64,000 nt of DNA from Euprymna scolopes (taxonomy: Eukaryota). Position numbers and translations under genes: made by a program. Shown here in pieces: positions 27,493-41,014 of this stretch (positions within the stretch are counted from its first letter, which is position 1; every line of letters starts with the position of its first letter). Location of the stretch: NCBI GenBank assembly GCA_053919585.1, contig CM132786.1; one strand, 5' to 3'. The notes beneath the pieces were generated by a model. It was not told where the DNA came from, did not search any database, and saw only the letters and a program-made list of their open reading frames with translations.

Positions 27493-27733
27493 TGTAGTCG
27501 ACGTCGTGGAGAATGGACGTGTCAATTCGAGGACGAAAATGGACCGGCTGTGACAGGCATGTGTTCAGAGAAAAGGAGAAGCGCAGCTAGCCTAGACGGG
27601 CCTGTGGCAGCGAAAGTCCTGTTAAGTGGTGTCGAAACTGGAATGTACCGGTAATAAAACCTTTGTTAAACAAGAAAAAAAATGCCGACCCGTATTTTTA
27701 ATTATTTACTGCCTTTGTTTGTTTGTAACTGCA
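27493..27733 (+). mobile_element. Possible solo LTR
   Basis: GC/CpG-rich 241-bp island TGTAG...CTGCA with internal AATAAA; no TSD. Confidence 0.35.
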
Positions 27734-28984
27734 ACGTTTCATTATGACCGAAAATCAGAAATTCAGTAAAAATAATTCTCATCTAACAGAATGGGGGTTT
27801 TCTAACCCTCAATAGAAGTATCTAGTTTTATTTCTTTAGGAAAAAAAACTAAATTAGTTTCCCATTCTCAATCTATTACATGTAAAACAATTACACATAG
27901 ACTGCCACTGTCGAATAATGAGGAGCTACCTAATAGGATACACACTTGTGATCGATGGAACCATACTTATATCTTACATTAGCTTAACTAATATTGATTT
28001 TGAATGTTTGTTAGATGATCATCTAGCGGTGTTCATTTCTTAGAATCAATGTTCGATTGCAATTACTGTGATTTGAAACACCGTTTGCACAAAAGCGGAG
28101 GACATTAATTAAAACATGGTAATACATTTTTTATAAAAAAATATTCCCTTTCAAGGACGACACAAATAACACTGCTAATTATACCTGCACTCAATTGCCT
28201 CAATCTCATTCTGTTAACCCTACCTGTGACCACGTGACTCATTTGCACTAGTCACAATCAAACAGTTTCCCTCTTCTCTTAAATATCACTTTCTTTTATT
28301 TCCTAATTTATTCATCTATGTTTCATCGTGTTCATTTCTCTCAAAGAAAAATCATCTTTTAGTAGATATTACAAAGCGCACACACGCACACGCACACACA
28401 CATATATATATATATAGATATAAAGAGATATATATTATATGCATAACGTATATATATATACATATAATATATATATATAAATTATTAAAATATCAAAATA
28501 TATATAATTTATTTATCTCTCTGCTTAGACATAATCATCTAATCTAATTGTGATAATGATAATTAAAAATAGAAGGTAATCGGGGATAAACAGGTTTGTG
28601 ACTGCGATATTTATGATAATTGATAATGATGATTTTTAATAATTATTAAATGAGTAAAAATGGCGATAATACGTAGGGGAGAATGTGTTAAGTAAAATTC
28701 AAAATGTAAAAAATAATAGATTTCAAAAATAGAAGATAAGATGTAGACGATAAAATATAAAATATGCCTGGATAATTCATCNNNNNNNNNNNNNNNNNNN
28801 NNNNNNNNNNNNNNNNNNNNNNNNNNNNNNNNNNNNNNNNNNNNNNNNNNNNNNNNNNNNNNNNNNNNNNNNNNNNNNNNNNNNNNNNNNNNNNNNNNNN
28901 NNNNNNNNNNNNNGTCGGGACTAATGAAGACAAAGAGGTTGTGAGATAGTACTCAATAAAAATAGCAAAATATTTTATTAATTA

Positions 28985-29211
28985 TTTGAGGGTAAACAGT
29001 TACATGTAGTCGCTACAAATAGTCATCTGTTTCAGTCAATGAGAGTTCCTTTGGCGACCCTGAACGTCTTCACACCACAAAGTAAATGGATTTTTTTTTA
29101 TTTTTTCCATTTTCTTTTAGGTGTCGAGGTGTTACGGGTCGCCTGAGGAAGTCTCATCGACTGGAGCAGATGGCTATTTGTAGCAACCATATGTAACTGT
29201 TTACCCTCAAA
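28985..29211. mobile_element. Foldback MITE (~100-bp TIRs)
   Basis: tttgagggtaaacagttacat...ggcgaccc pairs with gggtcgcc...atgtaactgtttaccctcaaa. Confidence 0.85.
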
Positions 29212-29879
29212 CCCTCAAATAATAATAATAATGATAATAATAACAATAATAATAGTAATAATAATAATAATATATATATATATATATATATATCTTTATG
29301 TACAAATATGTCTGTTTATATTAATTTGGAGTAGATTCAAATAAAAAAAGATTCAGAAATTCGGTTTATTTTATGTAACAGTGCATATTTTTACTGTTCA
29401 AATTCATAATGTTCTTGGTGCTTGTGAGAGGTTTCCAGAAGTTCAAAGTTATGTGTAAGAGTGCTTTAATATAGCAGAGAAAACTGTAAATTTCAATTAG
29501 AACAAAAAGTTAAAATTAAAATTGAAGTTTAGGCTCATTATTAATCCCGTTTCATTTGTTTTGGTATTAAAGGTTATGACATTTCTATAGTATAAGATTT
29601 GTTTGATATGGGATATGACATACATGTATATGCCAAGTGTTAATATTTAAGTGGGCGTATTGAAGGACATAAATAAATATGTAGAGTGTGTAGAGAAATT
29701 GTATGGTATAGCGATATGGAATGTTTTGCGGAGTGTTGCTTACAAAGATGGTGTAGTAATAAAATTAGATAATAGTAAATTTTGTGGAGATAGAAGTAAA
29801 CGTTATTTTAGATATTAAAAACTAAAAGGCGTGTTTGATATGCCACTAAGATAGGGAAGTATGTGATTGATGAAGATGT

Positions 29880-30170
29880 GAATTGAAATGCCTACAATTT
29901 ATTGATTTTTCTTGTTTAGGAGTTTATCTTTACCTTTGATTTCGATTATAAAGAGTTTTTCATTAAAGCACATGAACCAAAGAGAGATGAGTGACTGATA
30001 TGTTCTGTATTTTCTAGATTTCCTATTAAATTTTGGTGTTAAGTTTTTTCTACGACTTCACTGTAATATTCAGCCAATGATGTGTTATCACTATACTTTG
30101 GATACATGAAGGAAGTTTTATGGCCAGAGTATCTTTGCTTGAACTTATTGCTGGTTTTAACTATGCAGAA
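29880..30170 (-). pseudogene. Penelope-type GIY-YIG endonuclease relic
   Basis: Minus-strand translation CIVKTSNKFKQRYSGHKTSFMYPKYSDNTSLAEY, then MCFNEK and KLLNKKNQ. These match the PLE pattern YIG.T...FK.RY.NH..SF....Y...T.LS.Y...C.LCL.EK...LLNKRSE. Confidence 0.8.
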
Positions 30171-31384
30171 TTTCTTAATGATATTTCAATATCTTGTGTG
30201 TTTCCTTATTTTTAATGGTTTTATTCTTAATTGTTTACCCTTTATTTGTCTTTCAGCTAATCCGTTTTTTTTTCAGTGTGTGGCTTATTTCTATATGTAT
30301 TATTCGTTTATATAAGCTGTGATGCCATCGTTTATTAATGCATTATTTTTGTATTTATCACTATTTAATCTCAACCTACCTTGATTTCATTTTATTATAT
30401 TATTTCTCCTGGAGTATTCATTATCTTCGTTGCAAGTTCCATTTATCAATTATGTTTTAAATTATTTTTTTAATTACAAAGTAGTTCTATTCAACCATTA
30501 TTTATTCTCCATAATTTTTTTCATATATTTTAATTCTCTCATAGCAGCTGAAGTTAATGATAATTGGATTTAAGCGCTGTTGATAATAAGTATTCGGGTA
30601 TTTATTAAAGCAGATCCTTATGTAGATTACCTGAAAAGGTCGGATGAGATGACCAAAATAAATAAGCGGTTACTATACTTGTAGTATGATTTTTAAACGT
30701 TATTTAATTTTCAATAAATATATATTTCTGATAAAAACAGTAAATATACATGTACTATTGGAATGATAAAATTAAAAATGGTTTAAATATTTTAATACAT
30801 TCTGCATACGTCTCTATTTCTAAAATAAAATACGCAGGGCGAGAGAAATATACTACAGACGCTAATTAGAATTTGTAAATCACGCTTTAAATCACGTTTT
30901 AAAACGCTTTAAAATAGTAAGCGATGAAAACACGCGGTATGAATCGTGTTCGGTTTTGGTTGCATTGTTGTAGGCATATTACTTTGAGGTAGAATTTCTC
31001 ATAATGATAAGTTAAAGACCTGCAGCGTAGTTAAGCATTAAATAAGAACGGTAAGAGCTGCTGTCTAAACGATTGTGAGGTGTGAGAATGTATTTAGTCT
31101 AGAGTTGCTGTATTTCAATATCAATATTCTCCCTCTGTTTTGGCTCTTTTTTTCAAATCATAAATAGTTATAGAGGCATTCGTTTGTCTGACCGAAAACG
31201 AGCTATCCGAATTTAGTTTTAAGTGTTCAAGAGAAGTCATAAAATTAAAGCAAAAAAAAAATATTGGTTATACAGTTACATAAAGACTAACCTGCTTCCA
31301 AAAATACATGAACATTTTAATAGTTATAATTTTCTATCTTGACATAATATACTATACATCTCACTGCACCTTTCACCTTCACTT

Positions 31385-31444
<60 letters not shown>

Positions 31445-31656
31445 TCAATTAACTTTCTTGAAGTTATATATTTGGATTTTACCGTCACTGGATTATTTAT
31501 CTTCCACCAGACTATCCATTCATGTGTAATCACATTTTTCCTCATCATATTACCTCTGTTTCACTTTTTTTTTTCAAGTAAGATCTTTGACTTACTTGTT
31601 GTTTCATCAAATTCTTTTGCATGCAAAATCCGATCCCGCATTTTGCTAATTCCTAC

Positions 31657-31703
31657 CCTCTGATGAGAAGGAAAATATTTCTTCGAAACTCCGTGGATTA
31701 AGG
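31657..31703 (+). ncRNA. Type I hammerhead ribozyme motif (one mismatch at the base of stem III)
   Basis: cct CTGATGA gaagga-aaatat-ttcttc GAAA c-tcc-gt-gga-t TA agg: core boxes present, 6-bp stem II, 3-bp stem I. Confidence 0.6.
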
Positions 31704-31799
31704 ACTATCCACTTATCTAGTGTTTCCTTTTCAAATTAAATATGTTTTTAACTCATTTCAAACTGTTTTTTAACATGTTTTATTAACTGTTTGCTCGTA

Positions 31800-31834
<35 letters not shown>

Positions 31835-33088
31835 ATATGTATATATATATGTATATATTTATAAATTGTTCTATTTGTAGATAGAAGGCATTTTGTATGT
31901 GCGTATCTCTACCTGTCAATGTGCTTGTCTTTGTGTTTGTTTGTGTGTGAGTTTAATCCCTATCGATTCCAAAACCTTTGAGCATATTTTTTTAGAAATT
32001 TGATACAAATGTATTTTATTCAACTGAAAATGAAAAGTTCCTTCTGATAAGTATCAAAAGTCGATTATTGAAATAATCAGATGAAAAACTTAACAGAGCA
32101 ATTGTGACCAACGATAACAATTATGCAACGTAATATCTCAAGGGAATTTTTAGAAGTTTATCATAGCACAAACAGAAGCGTAATTTGAAAAAAAATAAAT
32201 AACCGTAGATTCTTTGATAAAACTGAAGCATATCTAAAATGAATGTTTCTGATTAGAACATAATTAAATCATAATACTTGACTTTGCATTTCAAACTATA
32301 ATTCGAGTAATTATATAGAAATGGTTTTATAAACTTAATTGCAGTGTTTTATTGTTTAATGTAGACTACAGTGTATAGTGGCTTTAGAAATTGAGGGGAG
32401 ACATGTGAAGCTTCAGTGCACCGTGGTGAGTCCCGACTAGAACAAAACATTAGATCGTTTTGCTTGAAAAAATAGGCGATTTCACTGATTCCGATGACAA
32501 TAAACATAATCGCGGTGTGGAACATTCGTCGATCCTTATTTAATCCCAATGAAATTCGAGTCTTCCTGCTAGCATAATACCGATAGATATTATTCACTTT
32601 TACTCTGTCTCTCTCCCGACCTATTGCTTGCTTATTCACTGTTATTCATGACTATGAATTAATTCGCAAGTCTTTAAACGACATTTGACATTAATCCGAG
32701 AGGGATCAGCAAAAGTGCCTTTCATAATGAAACCATTTTTCAATATCATTGTTGCCATCCAATGGCAAATTGTTCCGACAGATTAAACATTAACTTTATG
32801 CTACGACCCGGGAAAATATGTCGGCAATCTGCATGAATTGATCCCGGGATTATTAACGAACAATAGGTCTTCCATTTTATATAAGCTTTAGTTAGAAACA
32901 TCAGAATACTTCAAAATCTTGGGATGAAAATTAATACCCAGTACTTCTGTCGATCCCTGTATTCTCATATAAATCCGTTGCTTTCATATTCAATCGTTCT
33001 ATCTTCATGCTAGTCCATACACCCGACTACAGTAGAAGAAAGTGAAGTATTTTATACATTTTTCAATACAGATGCACACATATACATA

Positions 33089-33167
<79 letters not shown>

Positions 33168-34395
33168 GGTCTGTGTCTGGGTGTGTATCATCGGCTGATG
33201 ATTAAAACTAAAGTTTGCGTGAAATTTCACCGAAAAACAATCTCTTAGAAAATCCCCAATAAAAATAGCCTAAAATTGGCTTCTATTGCTATGAAAACTA
33301 AGAGATGGTAACCGAAACACATAATAACTATATATACAATGGAAGTATAAGTTATAACAAAAGATTAGCAAGAGCGGCGAGCATAAAAAATGAAAATAAC
33401 ACAAATAATATAATCAGAGAGAGAGAGAGTAGTCATGACTCAAACCCGGATGAAAGTACAAACTAATGCGAAACATATATCTTAAACACTTCGATTCTTA
33501 AATTCAACTATTATTCGGATTTCAACCTCATTATCAGTATATTATCAGCATATTGTTCGAATGTAGTCTGTGAAACATCGATAACCTAAAATATGTGTAT
33601 AAGTGAGTATTTTAACAAGTTCATTCTCTGATTATTTACTTACCCTATAAATTGTGCAACACATATGCACACATGTACTTTTATATTTGTATGCGCACAT
33701 ATATATATAATTATATATATATATATAATTATATATATAGATAGATATTTATACATACATATAAAATATGTCGGCCTTACGAATATCACATTATCACGTC
33801 GCATCACCTGCCATGATGTTTAATCTCGTGATCCCTTACATTTACACAAAAACATCACTGTCCCTCCTCGGATTTCAGAAGAATTTTCGTTAACTATACA
33901 AAAATACTACACCACGAAACGAGTGTAAAGAAGCTTACATCCTTGAAGATATTTATATCAAAATGTTAAATATCCACGCTTAGTCAAATCGCATTTCAAA
34001 ACGGCACCAACAATCTTAAATGCCTAGCCTTACTCTCTCACTTCTCACACAAAAAACATCTCCCAGCGACTGGCGCAAGAACTGGCACGTTCTCTTTTTA
34101 TCCCCGTGACACTAACACTCTTTCGTTACTAGCAATCGTAATCTCTTCGTTCGCACCCTATTATATAAAAACTACCCACAATTCATCGTTCTTTCTCAAC
34201 GATGCCTAGACGCCTGCACGAAAGGTAAAACCTCGGACACATAGAAATTGCTTAAACCTCACATCTTTAACTTTCGATGTATATACAAAAAAGATAATAC
34301 GGAAAAATGATTAAAAAATTATTCTAAACAGATGCTTTCAATTGTTTTTAACAATGTCTATCTGAATGAAAAAAATACTGTCTAAATATACAGAA

Positions 34396-34451
<56 letters not shown>

Positions 34452-34777
34452 CTATGTTACAATAACAGATTCATGTTCTTGTAAGTGAGTAAATATGAAA
34501 TAGGATAGTCAAGGATTCGAACTTGCGAAGCTAGATTGGAATTGAACATTCCAATGATAAGTTAAAATAAATACTGAATGTTATTGCAAATGAGGAATGT
34601 GGAATCGCAATTGTTTACCTCACACAAAATAGTTAGATATCTGTTTATTGGAAAAGGAATGTAATGATGAAATTTGTTTCTGTGAAAATTTAAATAAGGA
34701 ATTTAATCGTCAATTGAAATTGTAAACATATTTTGTAAAGAGTTTATTCGAAAAATAGGTAACTGAACTCGGGGTCA

Positions 34778-34939
34778 TGTCACGTTTTGCAACCTGACGC
34801 ATGTCAAGGCTACGTGCTCGATGAGCACATGTTCAATTATGCGATGACGTGACGAGTTCTCAATATAGGTAGAGTTTCAGATGCAGTCTGGGAGACAGAG
34901 GGAAAAGAGAGCCGAGAGAGAGATAGAGAGAGCCGAGAG

Positions 34940-35009
<70 letters not shown>

Positions 35010-35166
35010 CAGAAACAGCTGCTGACACCAAAACTTGAAAGCGAAGATTAGAGAGGAAAGCCATGTAAAGAAACTTTGAATTCCTCAAGCGAAATCAGGA
35101 CCGGTCATGAAATAAAGGATGTCATCATGAGTTTTTGTATTTGCGTCCTCGTGTTGTTATTTAACA
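34778..35166 (+). mobile_element. Possible solo LTR containing a (GA)n tract
   Basis: TGTCA...TAACA boundaries, CpG-rich, AATAAA at ~35111; no TSD. Confidence 0.35.
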
Positions 35167-35877
35167 GAAAAGGTATTGCCCATTTATGTAATAATAACCT
35201 TGATAAAATCATCATCTAAAAATATGTGTTAGAAAGTATATGTGTTAAAGTATACATGTTATAGAAACACCCCCGTTCACAGAACTGTCAAAAGTATAAA
35301 TGTCAACCTCTCGGTCTATCTATCAAAATATTCATAAATCTAATCTCATTTAATTGATTTTCTTATAGTAGCATGCACAATGTCTATTATATATATCAGA
35401 CTGTCTCTATCACTTTAAGACTCTCACAAATATGAACAATAACAAATAACATCAATCCTCTTCTAATAAGAATTACATAACATCTAGCCTATTATTGCTA
35501 TTCGTGCCCCCTGCCCTCTGTCAACTTCAGTTCCCAATGCGTGGTCCGCGGACCCAAAGTAAGTCATCATAGTTGCTATTGCGTGATTCTCCATTGTATT
35601 GCACAGATTGACTAACGTACCTTGCATGGTGTTTTTGTGAACAATCAAGATACTATATTATTTGTAGTCTTGTTAATGCAGTAGATAAGATAATTTTTTC
35701 CTTTCAAAAGTACAGAAGAAAAGAGATGTTCATTACTATGACGAGAAAAATATGTTTATTTGAATAAGGAAATTTATGACAATGACAACTAACCAGGTCA
35801 CAAATCCCTAGATTATCTGTCTCATAGAATTATAAATAATTAAACGATTGATTTTTTTTATTAGCACTTAACAATCC

Positions 35878-38800
35878 CTTTTTTTCATTAAGGAATGGTT
35901 TACTCGTGAATTTTGAATCATAGAACTCTACAAAAAATGCGGGTTCTATGTCATTTTATATTAATAGTAAGAAAAACCCTCAAACCTCGGAACCTTCGTA
36001 GAATTCCTTAGTAGTACGTAAATCATTTTATTTCATAAAGATTATGTATGTAATTTTTTTGCTGCATCATTTCACAGCTATAAATGCAGGTCACGCGTGT
36101 TTTCTGGGAAGGTCATCTCATTTGAGCATAAACTCCAGGCATCTTGGTTTGGCTGCAATTTTTTCTATTACCTTATTGTGCAATTCATTTTTTTTTTGCT
36201 CTAAGTCTTTAAGCATTTCCTTCTCAATTGAAATTCGGGCTAAAGACGAAAGTCGATCCTCAGCGATAGTGCATCTAAAAATGATCCTGTTCTGTCCAAG
36301 GTTGAGAAACTTCTTTCATTTGAAACTGAAGTAGCAGGAATGGTAAGGAAAAGTTGCATCCGTCTCACAGGTTCAGACATTGCAGACAAAAACCGAGTTC
36401 ATGAAGTATTTCCAAAATAGCTTTACTTGAGGAACATTTTTTTGAAATCATTGTCAGAATACAAATACCTGAATTCACTAGTCAAGGATTTTAGGTATAA
36501 ATACCAGGATATTTTTCTGCAATGTATCTATATGTTGCTTAGGGAATATACAGTAAAAAAAAAATTCAAACTTCTTCACGTCGAGCAATTCAAAATATGA
36601 AATGTCTCCTATGTTGGCGAATCGTTCCTTGAGTGACAGAATGATGTTTTGAATTATTTCAAAATATACACTTTTGTAGTTGATTCGATTTTCCCTAGTT
36701 CTTACTGTGGGTGAAGCGTGTGATTCGTCGGATACTCCATGTCTGCCATCGTCTGTTGGATCATATTTTCATAATGTTCATTGTCACAATTGTTTGATAT
36801 CAATTGAATGAAATCATGTCTTTTATCTTGAGCATATTTAACGTCGAGTTTTCTGCACTGTAAAATGTCAAATATTTTCTCTGTTTCAGAAAGAATGACA
36901 TAAAAACAATCATTAAAAAACATGAAAGTGAAATCATTCAATTTTGACAATAAATTGTCGGTTTTACTTAGTGTTGCTTCATCCCATATTTCGCCACGAT
37001 CAAGAATATCTTCAAGTGCGTTCATTATTTTTTGACGATCGTCCTTTATAGCGGATACGGTTCTTTATTTATAAAAACATCTGGTAGGACACAAAGATGG
37101 GATGCTGATTTCAAATTTTCGGAACACACTCTTCTGTTTCGTACTAGATTATGTGAATTTACTGAAGCTGTGTAAATGTGAAAAATATTTTAACGCCATC
37201 AACTTTTTCCGTACTTTTACTCAAACCTAAATTAAGTTTATGGGCATAACAATGGATGAAATCGGCGTATTTAAATCCCCTCTCTCTCAATTTAATTTGC
37301 ACTCCGTTCCGTTTAACTGCCATCACGGCTGCTCCATCATAAGTTTGGCAAACAAATTTTGATTTTGGATTAGCAAAGGAATTTAAAGAATTCTTGATTA
37401 CATCAGCTAATCTTGTGGCACTTTTGTCAGCGCTCACGGCATGAAATCCAAGGAATCGTTCAATAATTTGCATCCATTCACATACCTAACAATGATCGAA
37501 AGCTGTGCATGCATTGCACAGTCAGTTTTTTCATCAGCCTGCACTGAAATAAATGGGGCACTTTGAATTTCAGCGTAAATTACATCAGCAATCACGTTAT
37601 CAATTGAAAATATAATTTCATTCTGAATTGTTCTGGAAACACCTGAAAATTGCCTAGAACCTTCTTTGGCAGAAAGTTTGGATGCAAACACACTGTCAAT
37701 TTTAGAAAAACACTGCAATAAGTCTCGATAATTACCTTCTTTAAGACTATCTTCCCCTTCATCTTGTCCGCGAAATGGTACTTCTTGTTTGCAAATATAT
37801 AATATTGCGTTTATCAGGTGTTTCAGATATTGTCTATTTTCTTCGACCAATTTATTGTGCTTTTCTCTTTCAAGTTTGGCCGATTCACTAATAGCAGTGA
37901 CTACGTCATACATGCCTAATGTTTTTAAACGCTTATAATTGTTCAAATGAGTCATTGATTTCGAATGAATTTTGCAGTCAGCCAAAATATGTCTAAATCA
38001 GTATAGCCAGTATCACTCCATGATTGTCCTGATTTAGGCGTGAAAAGTAAGCAATACCAACAATAGAGTTTTTCCTCAGATTTACTCCCACATAATCAGT
38101 CAATGTCATTAAACCATTTGGATTGGAACGAATGAGTTCTAACCTTATTCACCAATAAAGGAGTTGGGTGCCCAACTTTGGTAAGTTCTCGCTTCTCGGC
38201 TATATTTCTCTGGCCAAACGATCTATTTTTCAGGTCTAACACAATATCCATTTCCATTATATCTAATTTTAAATTCAGATCATTAACAGCAAATGCAGTC
38301 CAACTTTTTTATGTTTTAAAGAATAATCTGCTTACCCCCGAAACACAGGAAAATTAGCCCAAGTGACGTTATACGCAAAATACAGGAAACTTCCAAAATG
38401 TAAATTCCATCTGATGAATCTTGAAACATATGCTATCTTGTCCAGTTGAAGTTATCCGTGGAAACACTGGGAACATTGAAAATCTTAATTTTATCCAAAA
38501 ATTCTAAGATACAAAGAATTCGCAAATAAAGTCCATGATAAAATTGAATGTAGTGAAGCGACTGAAATATTTTCGGCAACTGAAGTAATGTTCTACAAAA
38601 ACGGCGATTAAATTTTCCCATAGAATAAAAGGTAATAGTGGTGAATAAAGTTGGGTTTAACTAGCTGTGAAATGATGGATGCAGCAAAAAAAAGTTACAT
38701 ACATGGGCTTTATGCAAAAAAAAAATTACAAAAGTATTTACGTACCACTACGAAGGTTTATTGGATATAGGGGTCTCGTAGTATTAATGTAAAATAACTT

Positions 38801-39057
38801 AAAACCCGTATTTTTCGTAGATTTCTATGATTCCAAATTCACGAAAAAAGAATTCCTCAATTAAAAAATAAACAAATTCACTCTCATTCAAACCCTGTTC
38901 TTTATTAATTAATGAAACAAGAACTTCATCACTGATATTTATTTACAATCTGATATATACGCGTTGTTATGTTTATACATAACTAATCGTGCTACTACAC
39001 ATTGCAGCAGTAGTAGTAATCGTTCTTCATGTGTTTATGCGTACGCATGTGTCTATA

Positions 39058-39101
<44 letters not shown>

Positions 39102-39477
39102 CAAAACAGGCATCAGCAGTAACATCGTGCTAAATATTTTAGGCCTTTTAGGTTGACTTCACTTTGCGGGTGGCTACAGCAAAAAGTGGGATTTCTCTAA
39201 CATTACTAATATTACGAGAGGGGTTTTGTGCTTGGCACGGATTACGTCGTAGCCGCTGTTATGAATCTGACGGTGGCCGAAAAAAGACAATCCGTTCAAA
39301 ACAGCATCCTTGTAAGATTCCAAAATATATTTATGGCTTCTTGGCTACTTAGTTATCGAAACTTGAATAGATACCAAATTTAATTGAGATCAGACTAAGT
39401 ATATTTGCTTGAAATTAATCGATGATTTTTAATCCATTTTGAATAACATTGATCAATCAGTCTCATCTCCGCCCCTG
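35878..39477 (-). mobile_element. hAT-superfamily transposon relic
   Basis: The transposase is flanked by ~150-bp subterminal inverted repeats (35878-36029 / 38730-38870). A CAGGGGCGGA-type terminus lies at 39477 on the minus strand; the partner terminus was not found. Confidence 0.7.
36110..38260 (-). pseudogene. hAT transposase (ZMYM1-like: TTF zinc finger, DUF4371, dimerization domain) pseudogene
   Basis: ORFs with KQEVPFRGQDE...GNY, IQNEII, SVQADEKTD...AQLSIIVRYV, ERFLGF, QTYDGAAVM and IHCYAHKLNL. LFLTIPATSVS occurs at ~36320-36352. Confidence 0.93.
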
Positions 39478-39546
<69 letters not shown>

Positions 39547-40214
39547 CGTGTGTGTTTTCTTATACATTTTTTTAATAAATACAAACTAGTAAAGTGTTAT
39601 GCATTTACTCTATTATGATGGGGATATTTTTTGTATGAATTGCTTAAATATCTTATGATTATAATAGTTTTTATGATTAAAAAATTATGTTAAATTTCGA
39701 ATATTATTAATAATATAATAAAATATACTATCTATACATTCTCTACTGAAATATATACATGCATATACATAGTTATGTATTTATAGTGTCCAATATTTCT
39801 GTTTAAAGAAAACTACACATATACGTTTGGTTTTGTTGAGGGTGAAGGAATACATGTGTTTAGCCTATTTTTCGATATTTGCCGTCCGGGGATCCGTGCT
39901 TCTAATCGATACAGATCTCGAGACAATTAGTTGCTTCTGTCAAACGTTTTAGGCAGTCATAAATTCATGCATACATACGTACATAATACTTACACACATT
40001 TAAACTGATAGGTGAGATTTATATTATAGATTGTAGTGCTAAATGGGAATATATTTATGCTTAATTGACGCATTTTTTGCTGATATCTATTCATACGCAT
40101 ATCCATAAATGTTTAAACTTGAATTAATGCACATTTAACTAATACAAATTGAAAATCCAGTATTCCTGGAGGAAATAGCATATTAGCTTAACTATTGTAC
40201 TTAACATATACACG

Positions 40215-40265
<51 letters not shown>

Positions 40266-40758
40266 GTATGTATATATATATATATCGTAACACAATTTTT
40301 AGTTCACATTTTAGTTCACATCTTTAAGAGAGATAGAAAGTAGAAAAGTTTGAAATGGCCTCCATTCTCTCTTTCATCAACATTGATGGGACTGTTTGCT
40401 TCAGACTCAAACAAGTAGAGGTCATAGACGCATAAGTGTCAGTTTAAGTATATGGATAATTGATTCACACACTAGGTAAGAGAGATACCTTTAATGTTTT
40501 TTTTTTAAATATACATTTAGTTCGGTAAGAATTTAGCATTTTCTGTAATGTTCTAGTGTCCCTGGGCTGCTACTCGAGCAAATTCAATATTTGGAAGTGT
40601 TCTCTACGTAATTACCGATAAAAGTGCAGAGATACAGCAGGCAATTCTTTAAAAATATCACACTTCCCGTTTCCTTCAATGTACTCTATCTATACATACA
40701 GAGACACCCACACAGGCACACGCAGTCACCTATACACATTTTTGTATACACACACGCA

Positions 40759-40810
<52 letters not shown>

Positions 40811-40812
<2 letters not shown>

Positions 40813-41014
40813 TAGACGATAAATGGAAAAAAAACTATATTCCAAAATTCATGATGTTGACCATCGTATAATTTCTTCCTTTAATTTAGTTGATTTTTAC
40901 AATTCTTTACAGTATCTGTTTTGTAGCGCAAAATCAATCATTTAATTATTATATTATTCAGTGAACCTATTATGCCCTTAACTCATCAGAAGAAATAGCA
41001 ACAATCAATCCGTC
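40811..41014. repeat. Dispersed ~200-bp repeat with an inverted copy at 51486-51690
   Basis: tattccaaaattcat..gttgaccatc...gtagcgcaaaatcaatca...tattatgcccttaa(a)ctcatcagaagaaata matches the reverse complement; both copies abut TA microsatellites. Confidence 0.85.

Larger units (their letters stand above)
26317..30930. repeat. Long inverted repeat: arms 26317-26972 and 30255-30930
   Basis: Collinear reverse-complement identity across ~660 bp (e.g. ggtcatctcatccgaccttttcaggtaatc / gattacctgaaaaggtcggatgagatgacc). Confidence 0.95.

Noticed and set aside
33191-33234. tcgg CTGATGA...GAAA tttca ccga hammerhead-like string
   Set aside because: No valid stem III or NUH triplet, and stem II is not closed.
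35528-35555. cagttcccaa..gtggtccgcggaccc (Charlie-type hAT end; similar at ~12651) as the left end of the 36-38 kb hAT
   Set aside because: Does not match the CAGGGGCGGA terminus at 39477; probably an unrelated fragment.
38411-38435. CTGATGA atctt GAAACATATG
   Set aside because: Stem II is too short and there is no UH cleavage site.
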